From Ancylonema sp. (Eukaryota), in assembly GCA_050230475.1 (NCBI GenBank), contig JBFLGF010000086.1, forward strand, positions 1-64,000: a stretch of DNA of 64,000 nt, given 5' to 3'. This document shows, piece by piece, positions 1 through 12,797 of the stretch. Under the pieces are notes generated by a model. That model ran no database searches. It was not told the origin of the DNA and saw nothing but the letters and a program-made list of their open reading frames with translations. The position numbers were made by a program, and so were the translations under genes. Each line of letters opens with the position of its first letter. Within the stretch, counting starts at the first letter, position 1.

Positions 1-1047
1 TTAGGGAGATTTTGGGGGGGCAATATTGTACTCTTTAATATTATACGCACATGTGGTAGACATTTGTGCCATCCACTCAAGTCATACGGCCCTTATTTTT
101 TCGTGTAGCAAGGCCTATTTGTAACTTCCCATAACTTGGGTAGTTTCTGGAACCTGTACAAGGACATACGAATGTATACTCAATTGTACGACGCTTACAT
201 AATTCCTTGATTAAAACGGTAAAAACCATTAGACATTTGCGAAGGATTTGAAATCATGACAATACCCGAACGTGAGGGGGGGGGGGGGTAATTATTCAAA
301 GAGGTAATTTCTTTCAACAATACTCCTTTCAACATGATTAATATTATACATTATTCCTCTTTCTCCTTTCGATGTACTTGCAAGAAGAGAAGGCGCCAAT
401 CACACACAATCTGAAAGGCCAGCGACACATCTTGTACCAGCGAGGACACTGCACCATACTTTTACGAGCAATCTTTATCATTGTGTATGTGCCTCACACC
501 AGATGATACAAGAAAACATTGGCTTTTGAAGTTGATGAAGCACAGGCACATACACGTACGAGAGTCTTATGATCAGATAAATACCAAAATGTATACAAGA
601 TGTATGCTACGTGGCCTCAGCTTTGTACACACATAACAAGTTGTTGTATTTTGTATGCCCTACTTGTCACTATGAGTTTTGTTTTGACTCGAAGCGACAT
701 GGCTAAGCCCACAAACCCGGAGACCCAATAAATGTACAATTGATTTCCAATAACCTTATGTCAAACCTTGCTAGTCTTGCTAGCTTTGCTAGGCAACAAA
801 AATATACTTCGCTCCCCTCCTTCCACTCCATTCTTCCAAATTATCGGATCCCTCTCTCCGCACGGTCATGCATAACCGCTCCGCTTCCTTGTGTGGCTCA
901 TCCTCACCTCAGCACGGGTATACAAATTTCACTCACACGCAATAAAAAAGGTCCATTACATAAGCACACGATAATAACTCAAGCCGCAAACTCTTGTCCA
1001 AAAACTGTCCCCGTTGCATTCTGCAACTGGGTGGCAAGAAGAGGTCC

Positions 1048-3734
1048 TTATCGCCTCGCTGGAGCGGAGCGTGGGGAGCGTGGACGAACCGGCGTCTTGG
1101 AGGGGCTCACCCTGAAAATGTCCAGAACCACCGAACCCGCCCGTTGCCCACCCTATCATTCAGCTTTGTGCAGCTATCTTTGGCAAAGGTTTGGCTGGAA
1201 AAACGGTTCACGCGGTGCAGCAGCAGCCGGCTGTACCTGATCGGCAGAGCTCCAATAACTGCCCCCGTGCAGCTGAGAGCAGCCTGCGCGCTTGCAGCCT
1301 GAACCCCCACCCACCCACCCATGATCACATTCAGAATGAACGATTCTCTCAATCACCACAAACTGCTCTCTGTGTGGACTCAAATGCCTTGTTGTACTTG
1401 CATTCAATCTGGTCAACTGGCAAGATGAAATAGGTGCAGTGGGGGCGTGCTCACATGAACGAATTCCACAAATGCGATTCTTGCGGGGTGGTGGTAATCG
1501 CCCAATAACCGCAGGCGTGTCACCTGCAGACAGCTCCACGTTTCTGTCACTCAACAAAACAGTAGCACACACAACGTAGGCAGGGGCAAAAGCACAGCCA
1601 CGGTCCACGCCGCATATGCCATTCTGCCATGTTGCCCCTGTTTTGGCCGTAGGTTGCCACCACTTGTAAAAACTGAGAATTGGGAATTGAGTGTTCCAGT
1701 ACTCTGCGATCCCTCACCTCTCCGCACAAGGACTCAAAGAACAACTTCACGGTCCCTTGAGTCACCTGACAGGAAGGAAACAGAGGAGAGGGGAAGGGAT
1801 GAACCGCCCATAGAGGAGACCCTGTCTTTCCTGAGACTGCCCTGGAACTGCCCTGGAACTGCCCTGGAACTGCTGTCCTCTTTCAAGGAAGCACATGAGA
1901 CATGAGCCGCCAGAAATGCTCACGTTCTTGTCGATGTTGGTGCAGTAAATGGTCCGCCCACATAGGTCCTTCTCGTTGGTAGACTGCGCTCAAACAGAAA
2001 GTAGGGAAGTGGAAATATCAAATAAACCAACGAAATGAGGACACAGAGTGCTCTCCAGCAGCACTTCCCCAGCCCTTACTCGCGGGAGGAAGCTCGGGTT
2101 GACGGGTACAATGGCGGTCTTGGAGGGTAGCACTCGCAGCGGGTAGTGTCCCATCATGGTGCCAGAAAGGCTGATGGCAGACTTGACGCAAGCTGCCAGG
2201 AGAAACAACAACAGAAGCACAGACAGACAGGACAGGGACGGTTTGTTACAGTGGAGACTGCATGACTGAACAACACTTGTCTGTGATATTTGAGGTTAAG
2301 ATGATGTAGGGACAGAAGCAACAGAGCTCCTTGAGTGCCCTTCTGTCTGGCTTCGCTTTTTTGTAAGCAACAGAGCGGAGTGGAGAGTTGCCCCTTCACT
2401 TGCCTTCATGGGTGAACTCGACGAAGGCAAAGCGTAGACCCGAGTTTGGGTCACCACACACGCGGCAATCCACCACCTGGTCGTACACCGCACACGTCAC
2501 TACAGGCCGGAGGAAACAATTTCGCCTTGTCATGGCAAAAAAGGGCACGATGCGAAATTGAGAATCTACATCCAGCATGTCTCTGCCCCTATCCACTCGG
2601 GTCCTACCTGCCCACAGCTCCCAAACAGGTGCGCCAGCAGCTCCTCTGTCACCTGCCCCCATCCAACAAGCACCAGCTGGTAAGGCCTCGTCATCAAAGA
2701 CGATCACAGGAAGCCATGTATTTGGCTGCCCACAGCTGTATGGTCCACAGGCCTGCGACGGAATCAAGGCGCAATTCTGCAAAGCATCGATCTCACTGCA
2801 ATTGCGCAGAGCAGGTGACCAGGTGACTGGCACAGTGGAATGCAGGTCAGATGCATTTGTACGCACATACACAGGTGGCAACAGGAGGAGCAATATCCTA
2901 ACCTATCACAGTGTCGAGGACAGAGAGAGTTACCACTCTCAAAGCTACAATAATGATGTACAGGAACAAGAGGTATACAGGAGTATAGGGTGAACTGGTG
3001 ATAACTGTTGTCCGGTTGCGTGGCGTGGAGTACCTGCTGGTCAATGTCAGCGACGTAAACGGTCCTTTTGATGGAGTCCTCTTTCTCATTTCGGTTGCTT
3101 CGCCCAGGGTTCTTCTTCCTGGTAGTGGAGCCTCTAGTCTGCATCACCACAATCTGAATGAGGCCCCACAAACACACGGTTTCCAAAAAGACGAGGCGCG
3201 AGTTATTGCGCTTACCCTCCTTGCATTGCCCACGCCCCTGCCAGACGACCCTGAGGGCGACGACAGACCTTCGTCGTCCTCTGCTCGATTATGGGGGGGC
3301 ACAAACTCCTTTGCCGAAGGGTTCAATTTGGAGAGGAGGTCCTGCAGCTCCTCCATCTGTTCAGCGGTAACATACCGGCACTCACCATTCGCGGCTGACC
3401 CCTCCCGCTGCTTGGCAATCAAGTCTATGACCTCATCCAGCCTCTCCTGAACGCGCTGAAGTGTGGCACTGTAGCCACCATCGTTTACGTAGTTGGCGCT
3501 GGGGCGCTCCACATTGAGAGTGTTCCCAGGCTTACCCCCGTAGTGGACAGCCACCGGGACTCTATCGGAAGGTACCCTTGAATCACGGTGTTCGTGCTTG
3601 GACGAAAATTCATGGTCCTGTCCATTGAGCTGAAACACTTTTGAGTCGTTTATTTCATATGCGGGGATGTGGTCGTGCACAGAAAGCTCGTCTCTTTCAT
3701 TGCCTTCTCCGGTAAAAGCTTCCAAATGAGCCAT
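1048..3734 (-). CDS. CID: PAM2-motif, two-RRM poly(A)-binding-protein-interacting protein (CID8-13 family), about 10 exons
   Basis: ATG at 3734. PAM2 motif LSKLNPSAKEFVPP. Spliced exons give RRM1 (RTVYVADIDQQ/VTEELLAHLFGSCGQ/VVDCRVCGDPNSGLRFAFVEF...SLSGTMMGHYPLRVLPSKTAI) and RRM2 (RTIYCTNIDKN/VTQGTVKLFFESLCGE/VTRLRLLGDYHHPARIAFVEF...ALPIRVSPSKTPVRPRSPR). TAA at 1048-1050. One GC-AG intron (2403-2193). Confidence 0.92.
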
Positions 3735-4255
3735 TGTATTATACTTTTGATACTTGAGCGCCAGAACACTGTTGAAGAAAATAAATGGCAATGCGGCAAT
3801 GTGGGCAGTGGCAAGGTAAGGTATATTTTTGTGACGTCTTGCAAGAAGCACAGAATGAATGGTGCACAGCTGTATGCCCGAATAATAACGCTGTCTCAAA
3901 CGCGCTAGGGAACTTGGCGCCAGGCGAACAGGGCACAAGGCACAAGACCTGGCCGTACACTAAGGCCCACAGAGGTCGTTGTACCGTCTTCCGCTACAGC
4001 CGGCCTCTACAACAAGCAATCTTCCGTAGCAATAATTGATTCTATCAACTTATTGAACGTCGATCTGGCTGAAATCGACGCCTCACGTCAATAGACGATA
4101 GATTCGCATATCAGCGAGCGTATCAAACCAGGGCGGAGCGGGCCCTCATTTTTAACTCCGTTCCGGGCGAAAGATTCCCGAAAAACCGCTCAGGACGTTT
4201 TACTCGGGGCGTAAAAGCGGGGGACAATGCGCGGTGCGGGGCCAACGGCCTGAAC

Positions 4256-5097
4256 TAATGATCGGGGAGCCCGCGAGCCCGCGAGCCCGCGAGTCCGCGA
4301 GCCCGTAAGCCCGCGAGCTCCGAGCCCGTGATCTTGATTCTCTTCGCCGACGGGCTCGGAGGCCGACAGGGCTCGCGTCTTCCGGGCCCAACGGGTTCCA
4401 GGCTCCTACGGGTCGCGGCACTGGCTCGCACGGGCTTGGACGGGCTCGGAAGGGCTCAAACGGGCTCCGACGGGCTCGGTTTCACCCTCCAATGCCTGGA
4501 TATTACCCCGAGAAAACCCGAAAAAACCCCAATAGAAGCCTCTGGACACCTCTCGAGGCTGCCAGAGTGTGGTGGCCGCCACTCTTCCCGTCACTTTTCA
4601 CTAATTGAGCCAGTAAATATGAGTTCTTAAGTGATTTTGTCCACTGTGTACAACATTGAGAAGCAACATACTTTGCCATGGCGGATGGTGGTAGTCATTC
4701 TCTCTCCGAGGATCGAGCGAGCCCGTTTAGAGCTCGTCGGGCTCCACGATTCCATTGAGCCCGACGAGTCCGTCCTGGCTCGTCCACACGAGCCCGTTTT
4801 AGGAGCCCGTCAGGCTCCCGAGCCCGAATCCGGAGCCCCGGGGTTTTGGAGCGGGCTCCCCGATCACTGTTTTTTTTCATTCACGATTGAATGGTGCCCA
4901 AGTGTCGGAGCCCGTATTGTTTTGCCATGGAGCCCGTGGAGCCCGCGAGCCCGTTTGGAGCTCGTCGGGCTCCACGAGCCCGTTGAGCCCTACTAGCCCG
5001 TCCGGGCTCGTTCAAACGAGCCCGTTTTAGGAGCCCGTTGGGCTCGCGAGCCCGGATCCGGAGCCCCGGGATTTTGGAGCGGGCTCCCCGATCACTA
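4256..5097. mobile_element. Non-autonomous hAT-type element (MITE) with duplicated right end
   Basis: TIRs TAATGATCGGGGAGCCCGC / GCGGGCTCCCCGATCACTA. Perfect 8-bp TSD GCCTGAAC at 4248-4255 and 5098-5105. GAGCCCG subterminal repeats. A second copy of the right end finishes near 4869. Confidence 0.88.
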
Positions 5098-5157
5098 GCC
5101 TGAACACCCTTCCAAAAAAGTGAGACTCCGGGCAGACTCCGGGCACCCCCCTTCCAC

Positions 5158-5961
5158 TAGGGCGGGCACCCAACCGCCAATCGCCAACCGCCAGCCTCCC
5201 GACCGCCGGCTGGCCCACCGCCATTTCAACGGACCTCTGTCCAACCGGGATACCGCCACCCAACCATCCGACCGCCACCCTACCGCCGACCGCCGGCTGG
5301 GACGATTGGGCGGTTGGACGGCGGTCGGAGCGGTTGGATGGCGGTTGGGCGTAGATAGATATTCATGAACGGCCGATGAAAATCGGGAAAACCCGGGGCC
5401 TCACTGGCACAGTTGCATGTACGGACACTGCGACATACACGTGCGGGACTCATTTTCCGCACGAAAATATGTACGGCGTCTCGTATACGTGTGCACCGAC
5501 CTAACCACAAGAATCGGACGGAATATAGGGGGGTACGGTCTATGGGAAGGACTATGTCCGTCCGATCCGTTTTTTTTTCAAAAAAGTAGAAAGATTCTGT
5601 AGCGAGTATTGCGGATCTTCTGACACCACGGGAATCCTACGGCATCGCGGGGTGGGACGGTGTCCTAAACGACAATCCGGCGATGCAGGGATACTCTCCG
5701 CCTTTACACATTTCAGCGTACGATCCGCAATCGCCTTCCAACCGTCGGCGGTTGGGCGGATTGGCGGCCGTCGGGCTCTTGTTTGGCGGTTGGGTGGCGG
5801 TTGGGTGGTGGTTGGATGGCGGTTGGACGGTTGGAAGGCGGTTGGACGGTTGGGTGGCGGTTGGAGCGGTTGGATGGCGGTTGGAGCGGTTGGGTGGCGG
5901 TTAGAGGCGGCTGGCGGTCGGCCAACCGCCAACCGGATTCTGGCGGTTGGGTCCCACCCTA
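5158..5961. mobile_element. hAT-type MITE with AACCGCC subterminal arrays
   Basis: TIRs TAGGGCGGGCACCCAACCGCC / GGCGGTTGGGTCCCACCCTA. Imperfect 8-bp TSD CCTTCCAC / CCTCCCAT (2 transitions). Confidence 0.75.
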
Positions 5962-6279
5962 CCTCCCATAGCCCGAAGTCTCTCCACTTTTTAAACTCCA
6001 CACTGATCGCAAAACAAAAAAACAAAAAAAAACAACAACGTAGTCCCCTTTACTTTACGCAATTTTATTTTATTTTAATCACAAAACGTTTCGAAGGTAT
6101 AATTTTCTGAACTTGGCTTTTTTTAAGGGAAAAGACTGCGGGCAGTCGGAGTGGGGTCCCCGTTGTCGCTTTGGGGGGTGCCGGGAGTCTCTTCCCTTCA
6201 AAATCGACTTATTACTTTGTTATTTTCTGAAGACCTAGGTTTCATTAGTCGCTTTCAGCCCGTTCGGAAATGCTTGTAG

Positions 6280-7800
6280 AATCGGTCATTGTGGACCAAT
6301 CCTAACTTGACTTGCAAGATTTGATTATGATTTGATTTGATTTGATTCAAAGCAATTACACTCGACACGTGGTCAAAATAACGGCATGAATAAATTGGTT
6401 TGAGTGGTACAAAATGACCCACTTATAGTCGACTAGGAAACATCACACCCTATTGGCCGGCTATCGAATCTAAGCCCCAAACTCGGTACCAACACTTGTA
6501 ACCACGTCTAGTGTGCTCACACCAGATTACTTAGCATGTTTTTGACACTACAACAAGTAATTGCAATATCGATGAAAACAAATGACAAATCGAAAAATCA
6601 TAAACAATACAATGTTGCGACATTATTCATTTTAACACACCCTCCTAATGTGTAATTATTGACAATCCCAAAAAAAAACCAAAATTCCCAAGTCAAATTT
6701 GAAAGTTCTATCCCAACAGATCAAAAACACGTATACACAACCCTCGATCCTACACCATTCCAATAAGTCGCTTGTTAACCTTGAACACACCCACACTTGC
6801 ATGCTTGGTGAAAATGTATGCACCGTTCACCTCAGTTCGAACCCACTCCAAAACAATCTCCCCAATAGCAACCCTATCTCGAATGAAGTGATACTTTGCA
6901 AGAATGTGATTGGTGCGATAACCCGATTCTCCACCAATGCCTTGGCACTCTCAGAGTCAGTCTACAACATAATGACTTGTTTCCCAATATGAGGCACCGC
7001 CAGATCCCCCCCCTTCATCTCAAACTACAACTGACTAAGAAAACTTGCTTTGTGTGCGGCCATAGCCATAGCCATAGCCATAGTCTAGGTACTCCGATTC
7101 GAAACATCTGAACGTATCTTTTCTTACAACCTTCAGAACATCACCACCATCAGAACCACCATCGGAACATCCGCCTAGTGCTCTAACCCTCGATTCTCAG
7201 CAAAATTGCAAAGACAACCGACTGCCTCCGCCAATTCGGGACTGCTATCACCTCAGAGATACAACAGACTCCTTATAGCCTGCTTGTAAGGATAGAATTC
7301 CATCTTATGAGTCTCCTATGTCGTATACGGAGCATCAACAATCAAAAGTTTGGCCCATTGGGCAAGAGGAGTGGATGTTGGCCTCCATGCGGAAATATTT
7401 CAACACATCCCCAGCATACCGCTCCCGGTAAAGAAGAATGTCACCATTCTGTTGCCTCCGCACCTCAAAGCCGAGCATGTACTTGAGCTCTCTCTTAAGT
7501 CTTTCATCTTGAAGTTCTTATGCAGAAGAGCCTTCAAGGGAAAAAACGTTGCCAGGACCTTGGAGAGCATGCCTAGGTCGTCGACGTGGAGGATTAGGTA
7601 GATCCGCTTCTCTCCTTTCCACATCACATACACGATAAAAACAGGAGACAGGCGCATGAAGTCGATCTTCCCAAGTACAGCGTCAATATGAAGGTTCCAC
7701 AGGTGACTCGCTTGGGTTTAGCCTGTAGATGCACTTCAGTTGCAAGCACACACCTTATCTCTAGAGGGCCCCTCCATGCCCTCTGGCATCTCGATATACA
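6280..7800 (-). mobile_element. Degenerate Ty1/Copia fragment (RT, RNase H, PPT, probable 3' LTR)
   Basis: RT remnant IYLILHVDDLG...FKMKDL (7400-7657). RNase H remnant TDSESAKALVEN...KYHFIRDRV near 6870-6960. PPT AGGAGGGTG followed by TGTT at 6637. Many stops and frameshifts. The left limit is approximate. Confidence 0.8.
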
Positions 7801-8362
7801 CCTCCCAGTTGATGTTCAAAAGTATGAGCCAAAAGCATGTTAAATCTTCATAATTACTATTTTTTAACTCGATCATTGTAATCAGCGTTAATTTTTTATT
7901 CAAGAATGATGAATCATATGCATTATTAACATTTCAAATTATTGTTTACGCATAATTATAGTTTAGGCCCTAGAAACGCAACCCCTAGTTGTGGCCAATC
8001 GTATGATACCTCTTGACGAGGAAAAAAAGATTCCTGCTGCCAGAGATTCCACACTGCCCAAAATTTGTCCCAAATTCCAATAAGCATACGGACGGACCAG
8101 ATTTTGTACATCTGCTGCTCAACTCGCGCTTCGAGCCACAGGTTTACGATTTATAACTTATCTTTACCACGCAAGCGTGTCACGTGCGAGCAAAGTGGAA
8201 TACTACCGTCCGATGGACACTGCGAACAGATAAGTCTAGACGTCTTCTCTCACCGGTCTGGACGCAGAGAGAGTTGCTTCAGTAGCGGCTATCTCCGTCA
8301 AAGTCCACTTTTCGTGCTCCGTTTTACGTAGAACAGTTATCTGCCTCCCTCGATCCACAGTC

Positions 8363-11300
8363 ATGGAGACCCTACGATGCAGTGTTTCCCCCCTCACGAC
8401 CGTGTCCTCCAACAGCGGCAGAAGCAGCCGCGTGACTATCCCTGCACAGATTTCTCCAGTTGGTGCATTCGTTGGACTCCGTAAGGTTCAACAATGCGCC
8501 AAGACTCCATCAGCACCCGCTTCCACGGCGGTAGCTGCGGGCATGAAGATCTGTGCCACTTCAGCGGTTCAGACGATGCAGAGGACAGATGTGGCCTTGG
8601 AGGAGAAGGTGAGCTAGTGGTTCTCTGGATATGTATTCAACTGTTTTCTTTGATCTACGAACGTTCATTTCTGACCTTCTGCCACGTTACTCGCAGTGTA
8701 TCAACTCTATCCGGGTCCTCGCCATCGATGCCGTTGAGAAGGCGGTTTCTGGACATCCCGGGCTTCCCATGGGATGTGCTCCAATGTCTTATGTCCTCTT
8801 CTCCGAATACATGAAATTCAATCCCAAGAATCCCTTCTTTTTCAACCGAGACCGATTTGTGCTATCAGCTGGCCATGGCTGCATGCTGCAGTATGCCCTG
8901 CTCCACCTCTTTGGATATGACAGCGTGACGGTAAGCCCGCTTACAAAACTTCAAAACGATCTAGTTCTGGGTGCTAGTCGTCATTCTCTGTCAGCATGTC
9001 ATGGGCGTCAACAAACCTCCGAGCCTGATATATATGAATGTCACTTGATCTGGCAGACCGAGGACCTGAAGCAGTTCAGACAATGGGGAAGCAGGACCCC
9101 TGGACATCCGGAAAATTTTGAGACTCCCGGGATTGAAGTGACGACAGGTATGTACTCTCAGTTAGGCGTTATATGCTGTTTTCAGAATTCGATCCGGTAG
9201 GAGTGGCTTTCATTTTCTTAGGTTCATTCGATACAAATTCGATGGCCGTTGACCAGTCGCCATCTGGAGTTTCCCAAAATTCGGAAAAGTCCCGTTAGTA
9301 GCTACTTTTTTGTTTTGTTGTATTATTTAGTTTTTTTACGTTATGGATCGTCGATGGTCGCCTGTGAAGTAACCGCGTATGCGTATGCGAATGCGTTTAT
9401 GAGTCTGATTACGCATATATGATGTCTCTGCAGGTCCTCTTGGGCAGGGAATCTGCAACGCAGTGGGGCTCGCTGTCGCCGAGAAGCATTTGGCAGCTCG
9501 TTTCAACAAGCCGGATGCAACGGTCGTCGACCACTATACGTAGGAAGCCCCTTTCAGCAGGTCCCGGCTCCATGTCTTGGTTGTTTAGCTCACTGTGCCA
9601 GTTTCTTGTCGCAGTTTCTGCATTATGGGCGATGGGTGCAACATGGAGGGTATGTCTACGGAGGCAGCTTCTCTGGCTGGCCACTGGGGCTTGGGAAAAC
9701 TCATCGCACTCTATGACGATAACCATATCTCCATCGATGGAGACACTGCTATCGCTTTCACTGAGGATGTGAGCGCCCGCTTTGATGCCCTCGGATGGCA
9801 CACAATCTGGGTGAAGGACGGAAACACAGACTTGGATGCTCTGCGAGCTGCCATTGAAGAGGCCAAGAGCGTGACAGACAAGCCTACCATGATCAAGGTA
9901 AAGCCAAGGTCTAGGAAGATAGAGTAGGGTGGTTTAAGAATGAGATTTTAACGGCTCCCGGTGGCTCCATGGCAGATCACGACTACCATCGGATATGGAT
10001 CCCCCAACAAAGCCAACAGCTATGCAGTGCATGGGGCCGCCCTTGGACCGAAGGAGGTGGCAGCCACCAGAGAAAACTTGGGCTGGCCGTACGAGCCATT
10101 TGTAGTGCCAGTGGATGTTAAGAGGTAAACGACTCTGCTTGTTTTGTGAACCTTTCGTCTCTCGCAACAGTGAACTGATTCCCCACATTTGGGACTTTGC
10201 CAGTCACTGCCTGACGAAGGTGGAGGAGGGAGCAGCAGTCGAGGCTGAGTGGAACTCTGCCCTCGAAGCATACGAGAGCAAGTATCCTGCAGAGGCTAAG
10301 GAGTTCAAGCAGCTCATCAGTGGAGACCTGCCAGAGGGATGGGAGAAAGCTCTTCCTGTAAGAAAATCAATCCTGAGTGTGTAGATGTTCTATGTATCAT
10401 TATGTGGGGTCAGGTTTTGTACACACAATTTATTCCCATATTCGCCACCAGGGCATTGAATGTTCGAGCTTGGAGATCTGGGTGGTTGGAATTGAATGTT
10501 GGGGATTGGCTTGACAGACCTACACTCCGGAGAGCCCAGGAGACTCTACGCGCAACTTGTCTCAGACCATGCTGAATGCCCTCTGTGGCGTCCTTCCCGG
10601 TCTGGTGGGAGGATCTGCGGATCTGGCGTCTTCAAACATGACCCTCATGAAGAAGTTCGGTGACTTCCAGAAGAACACCCCTGCAGAGCGCAACATTCGC
10701 TTCGGTGTGCGAGAGCATGCCATGGGAGCCATTTCAAACGGCATCACGCAGCACTACTCCGGGCTCATTTCCTACTGTGCCACCTTCTTCATTTTTACGG
10801 ATTACATGAGGGGTGCCATGCGTATGTCTGCACTCAGCGAGACAGGAGTGCTCTACGTTATGACCCACGACTCCATTGGACTCGGGGAGGATGGTCCCAC
10901 TCATCAGGTCAGCTGAAACCATGGTTGTAGAGGTCCCGATTACGATCTCTAGAAGCTTTTAAATAATGTCCTCGTTCAGCCTGGTCTGGATCGCAATATG
11001 GAACGGAATTCAGCTCTCAGATTTTCAGTGCACCTGGTGCGCCTGTATTGATCCGCCAGTCGCATGTTCTGGTTCAGAAGGGGAGATTTCCGATAAGAGG
11101 CCCTAGTAAAGAGAAGCAGAACTGAGTGGTTGACTCTTGGTGATTTTGAATCGCAGCCTATTGAGCACCTGGCGTCGTTCCGAGCCATGCCCACTATCCT
11201 GATGTTCCGACCTGCGGACGGAAATGAAACCGCGGGGGCCTACAAAATCGCTATTGAGAACCGCAAAAGACCCTCTGTGTTCGCCCTTTCTCGCCAGAAG

Positions 11301-11814
11301 CTCCCCCAGCTGGCCGGTACTTCCATTGAGGCCGTTGCCAAGGGTGGATACACTGTCAGGTAATGCCTCGACGCAGATGATTTCAAACAGAGATGCCAAG
11401 GTCCCGTTATTGCGATGACCTCACTGTTGTACTTCTGGATCGGGTTGCAGCGATACCTCGAGCGGCAAGCCAGATGTCATCTTCATTGCCACTGGGTCTG
11501 AGCTGGAGTTGGCCGAGAAGGTGGCAAAGGTGTTCAGGGAGGAGGGCAAGGGTGTGCGAGTTGTGTCTCTAGTTTCGTGGGAGCTTTTTGAGGAGCAGAC
11601 AGCAGAGTACCGGGAGTCTGTCATCTCCACCGATGTCCCTGCGCGCGTCAGCATTGAGGCAGGGTCCACCTTCGGTTGGGAGAAGTACACTGGGGACAAG
11701 GGGTTGACCATTGGTGTGAACTCGTTTGGTGCCTCTGCTCCGGCTGACATTCTGTTTGAGAAGTTCGGGTTTGGGGTGTCAACAATTGTGGAGAAGGTGC
11801 GAGCTATTCTGTAG
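8363..11814 (+). CDS. TKL: Chloroplast transketolase, multi-exon
   Basis: Ser/Ala-rich transit peptide, then [62 protein letters not shown], the TPP motif [38 protein letters not shown] and FGASAPA. GT-AG junctions keep frame. TAG ends at 11814. Confidence 0.97.
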
Positions 11815-12797
11815 AGAAGGCCGGAGTGTAGAGTAGGCTTACATGAAAAAAGTTGCAATTTTGAAATTGAGGTATTTCAGTAGAGATTTGAAGACCACCC
11901 AGCATTATTTGGGTTTACTAATTCAGCTTATTTTTGGATCGATTATGTTGGCGAAAGAACAGATTGCGTTTTTTGTGATCAAGCCCTTTGTACCCTTCGG
12001 GTTTGGATGCAGTCAGAGTTTTGACATGCGCAAGTCTTTAGAGCATGGCTGGATAGTAATTGACCTTTCGTTTATAATTTGGTCTCTGCTGTGCACATCA
12101 GTATTTCATGTGATTACTGAAAATCATAATTGGCTGGTGCACATTTGTTTTGACATTACATCAAGAGTTTTTTTTAAGTCTTGTGGTTCCAGCCCGGTTT
12201 CAAATCCGGGTGAAGTGTCAATCAATTTTTTGTTTGTCTGTTTGTTGTGCGGCACCCATGCGGTTAGATTGGTTGCAAAAACCATACTCAATACAACAAA
12301 GTCTCTAGCCAATTGTCACACCCCCTATAAACTTTGGCACACCCCCTCCAAAAATCATGTCATTGATATCGATTTTTCACATCTAAGTTCCCCCCCCAAA
12401 GAACTACCCCCTCCCAATCAAAAAACTGCCCCCTCCTAAACAAGAGCCCCCCCCCCCCCTCCCGATAAATAACTCCTAAAGAGCAGCAACAAGCCCAATC
12501 ATTTCACAATTTGCCTGAAGGATATCAACTGGGACTGCTTTAGTGAGCACATCAGCCGCCTAAAACTCACACATAACAAATTGCAACCTGGTCAATCTTT
12601 TGGCTACCCTCTCCCAAATAAAGTGCCATGTCAACTCAATATGCTTGGATGGACGATGAAATACTGGGTTCTCTGCAAGCTTGAGAGAGGATTCATTATC
12701 CCCCCGCAAGAGAACCCCAACAACACTGGCAATGCCCAACTCCTCTTGCAATCGGCGAAGGTAGATGCCCTATTTACCAGCGATGCTGAGTGCTACA

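Noticed and set aside
4200..6110. Arg/Gly/Pro-rich ORFs and CRISPR-like repetitiveness
   Set aside because: Short degenerate subterminal repeats of MITEs; no constant repeat with unique spacers and no cas genes.
12180..12220. tRNA T-arm-like CCCGGTTTCAAATCCGGG
   Set aside because: No D arm, anticodon arm or acceptor stem could be built.
11843..12439. 198-aa + strand ORF after transketolase
   Set aside because: It spans 3' UTR and Copia LTR/PPT sequence and has no recognisable domain.
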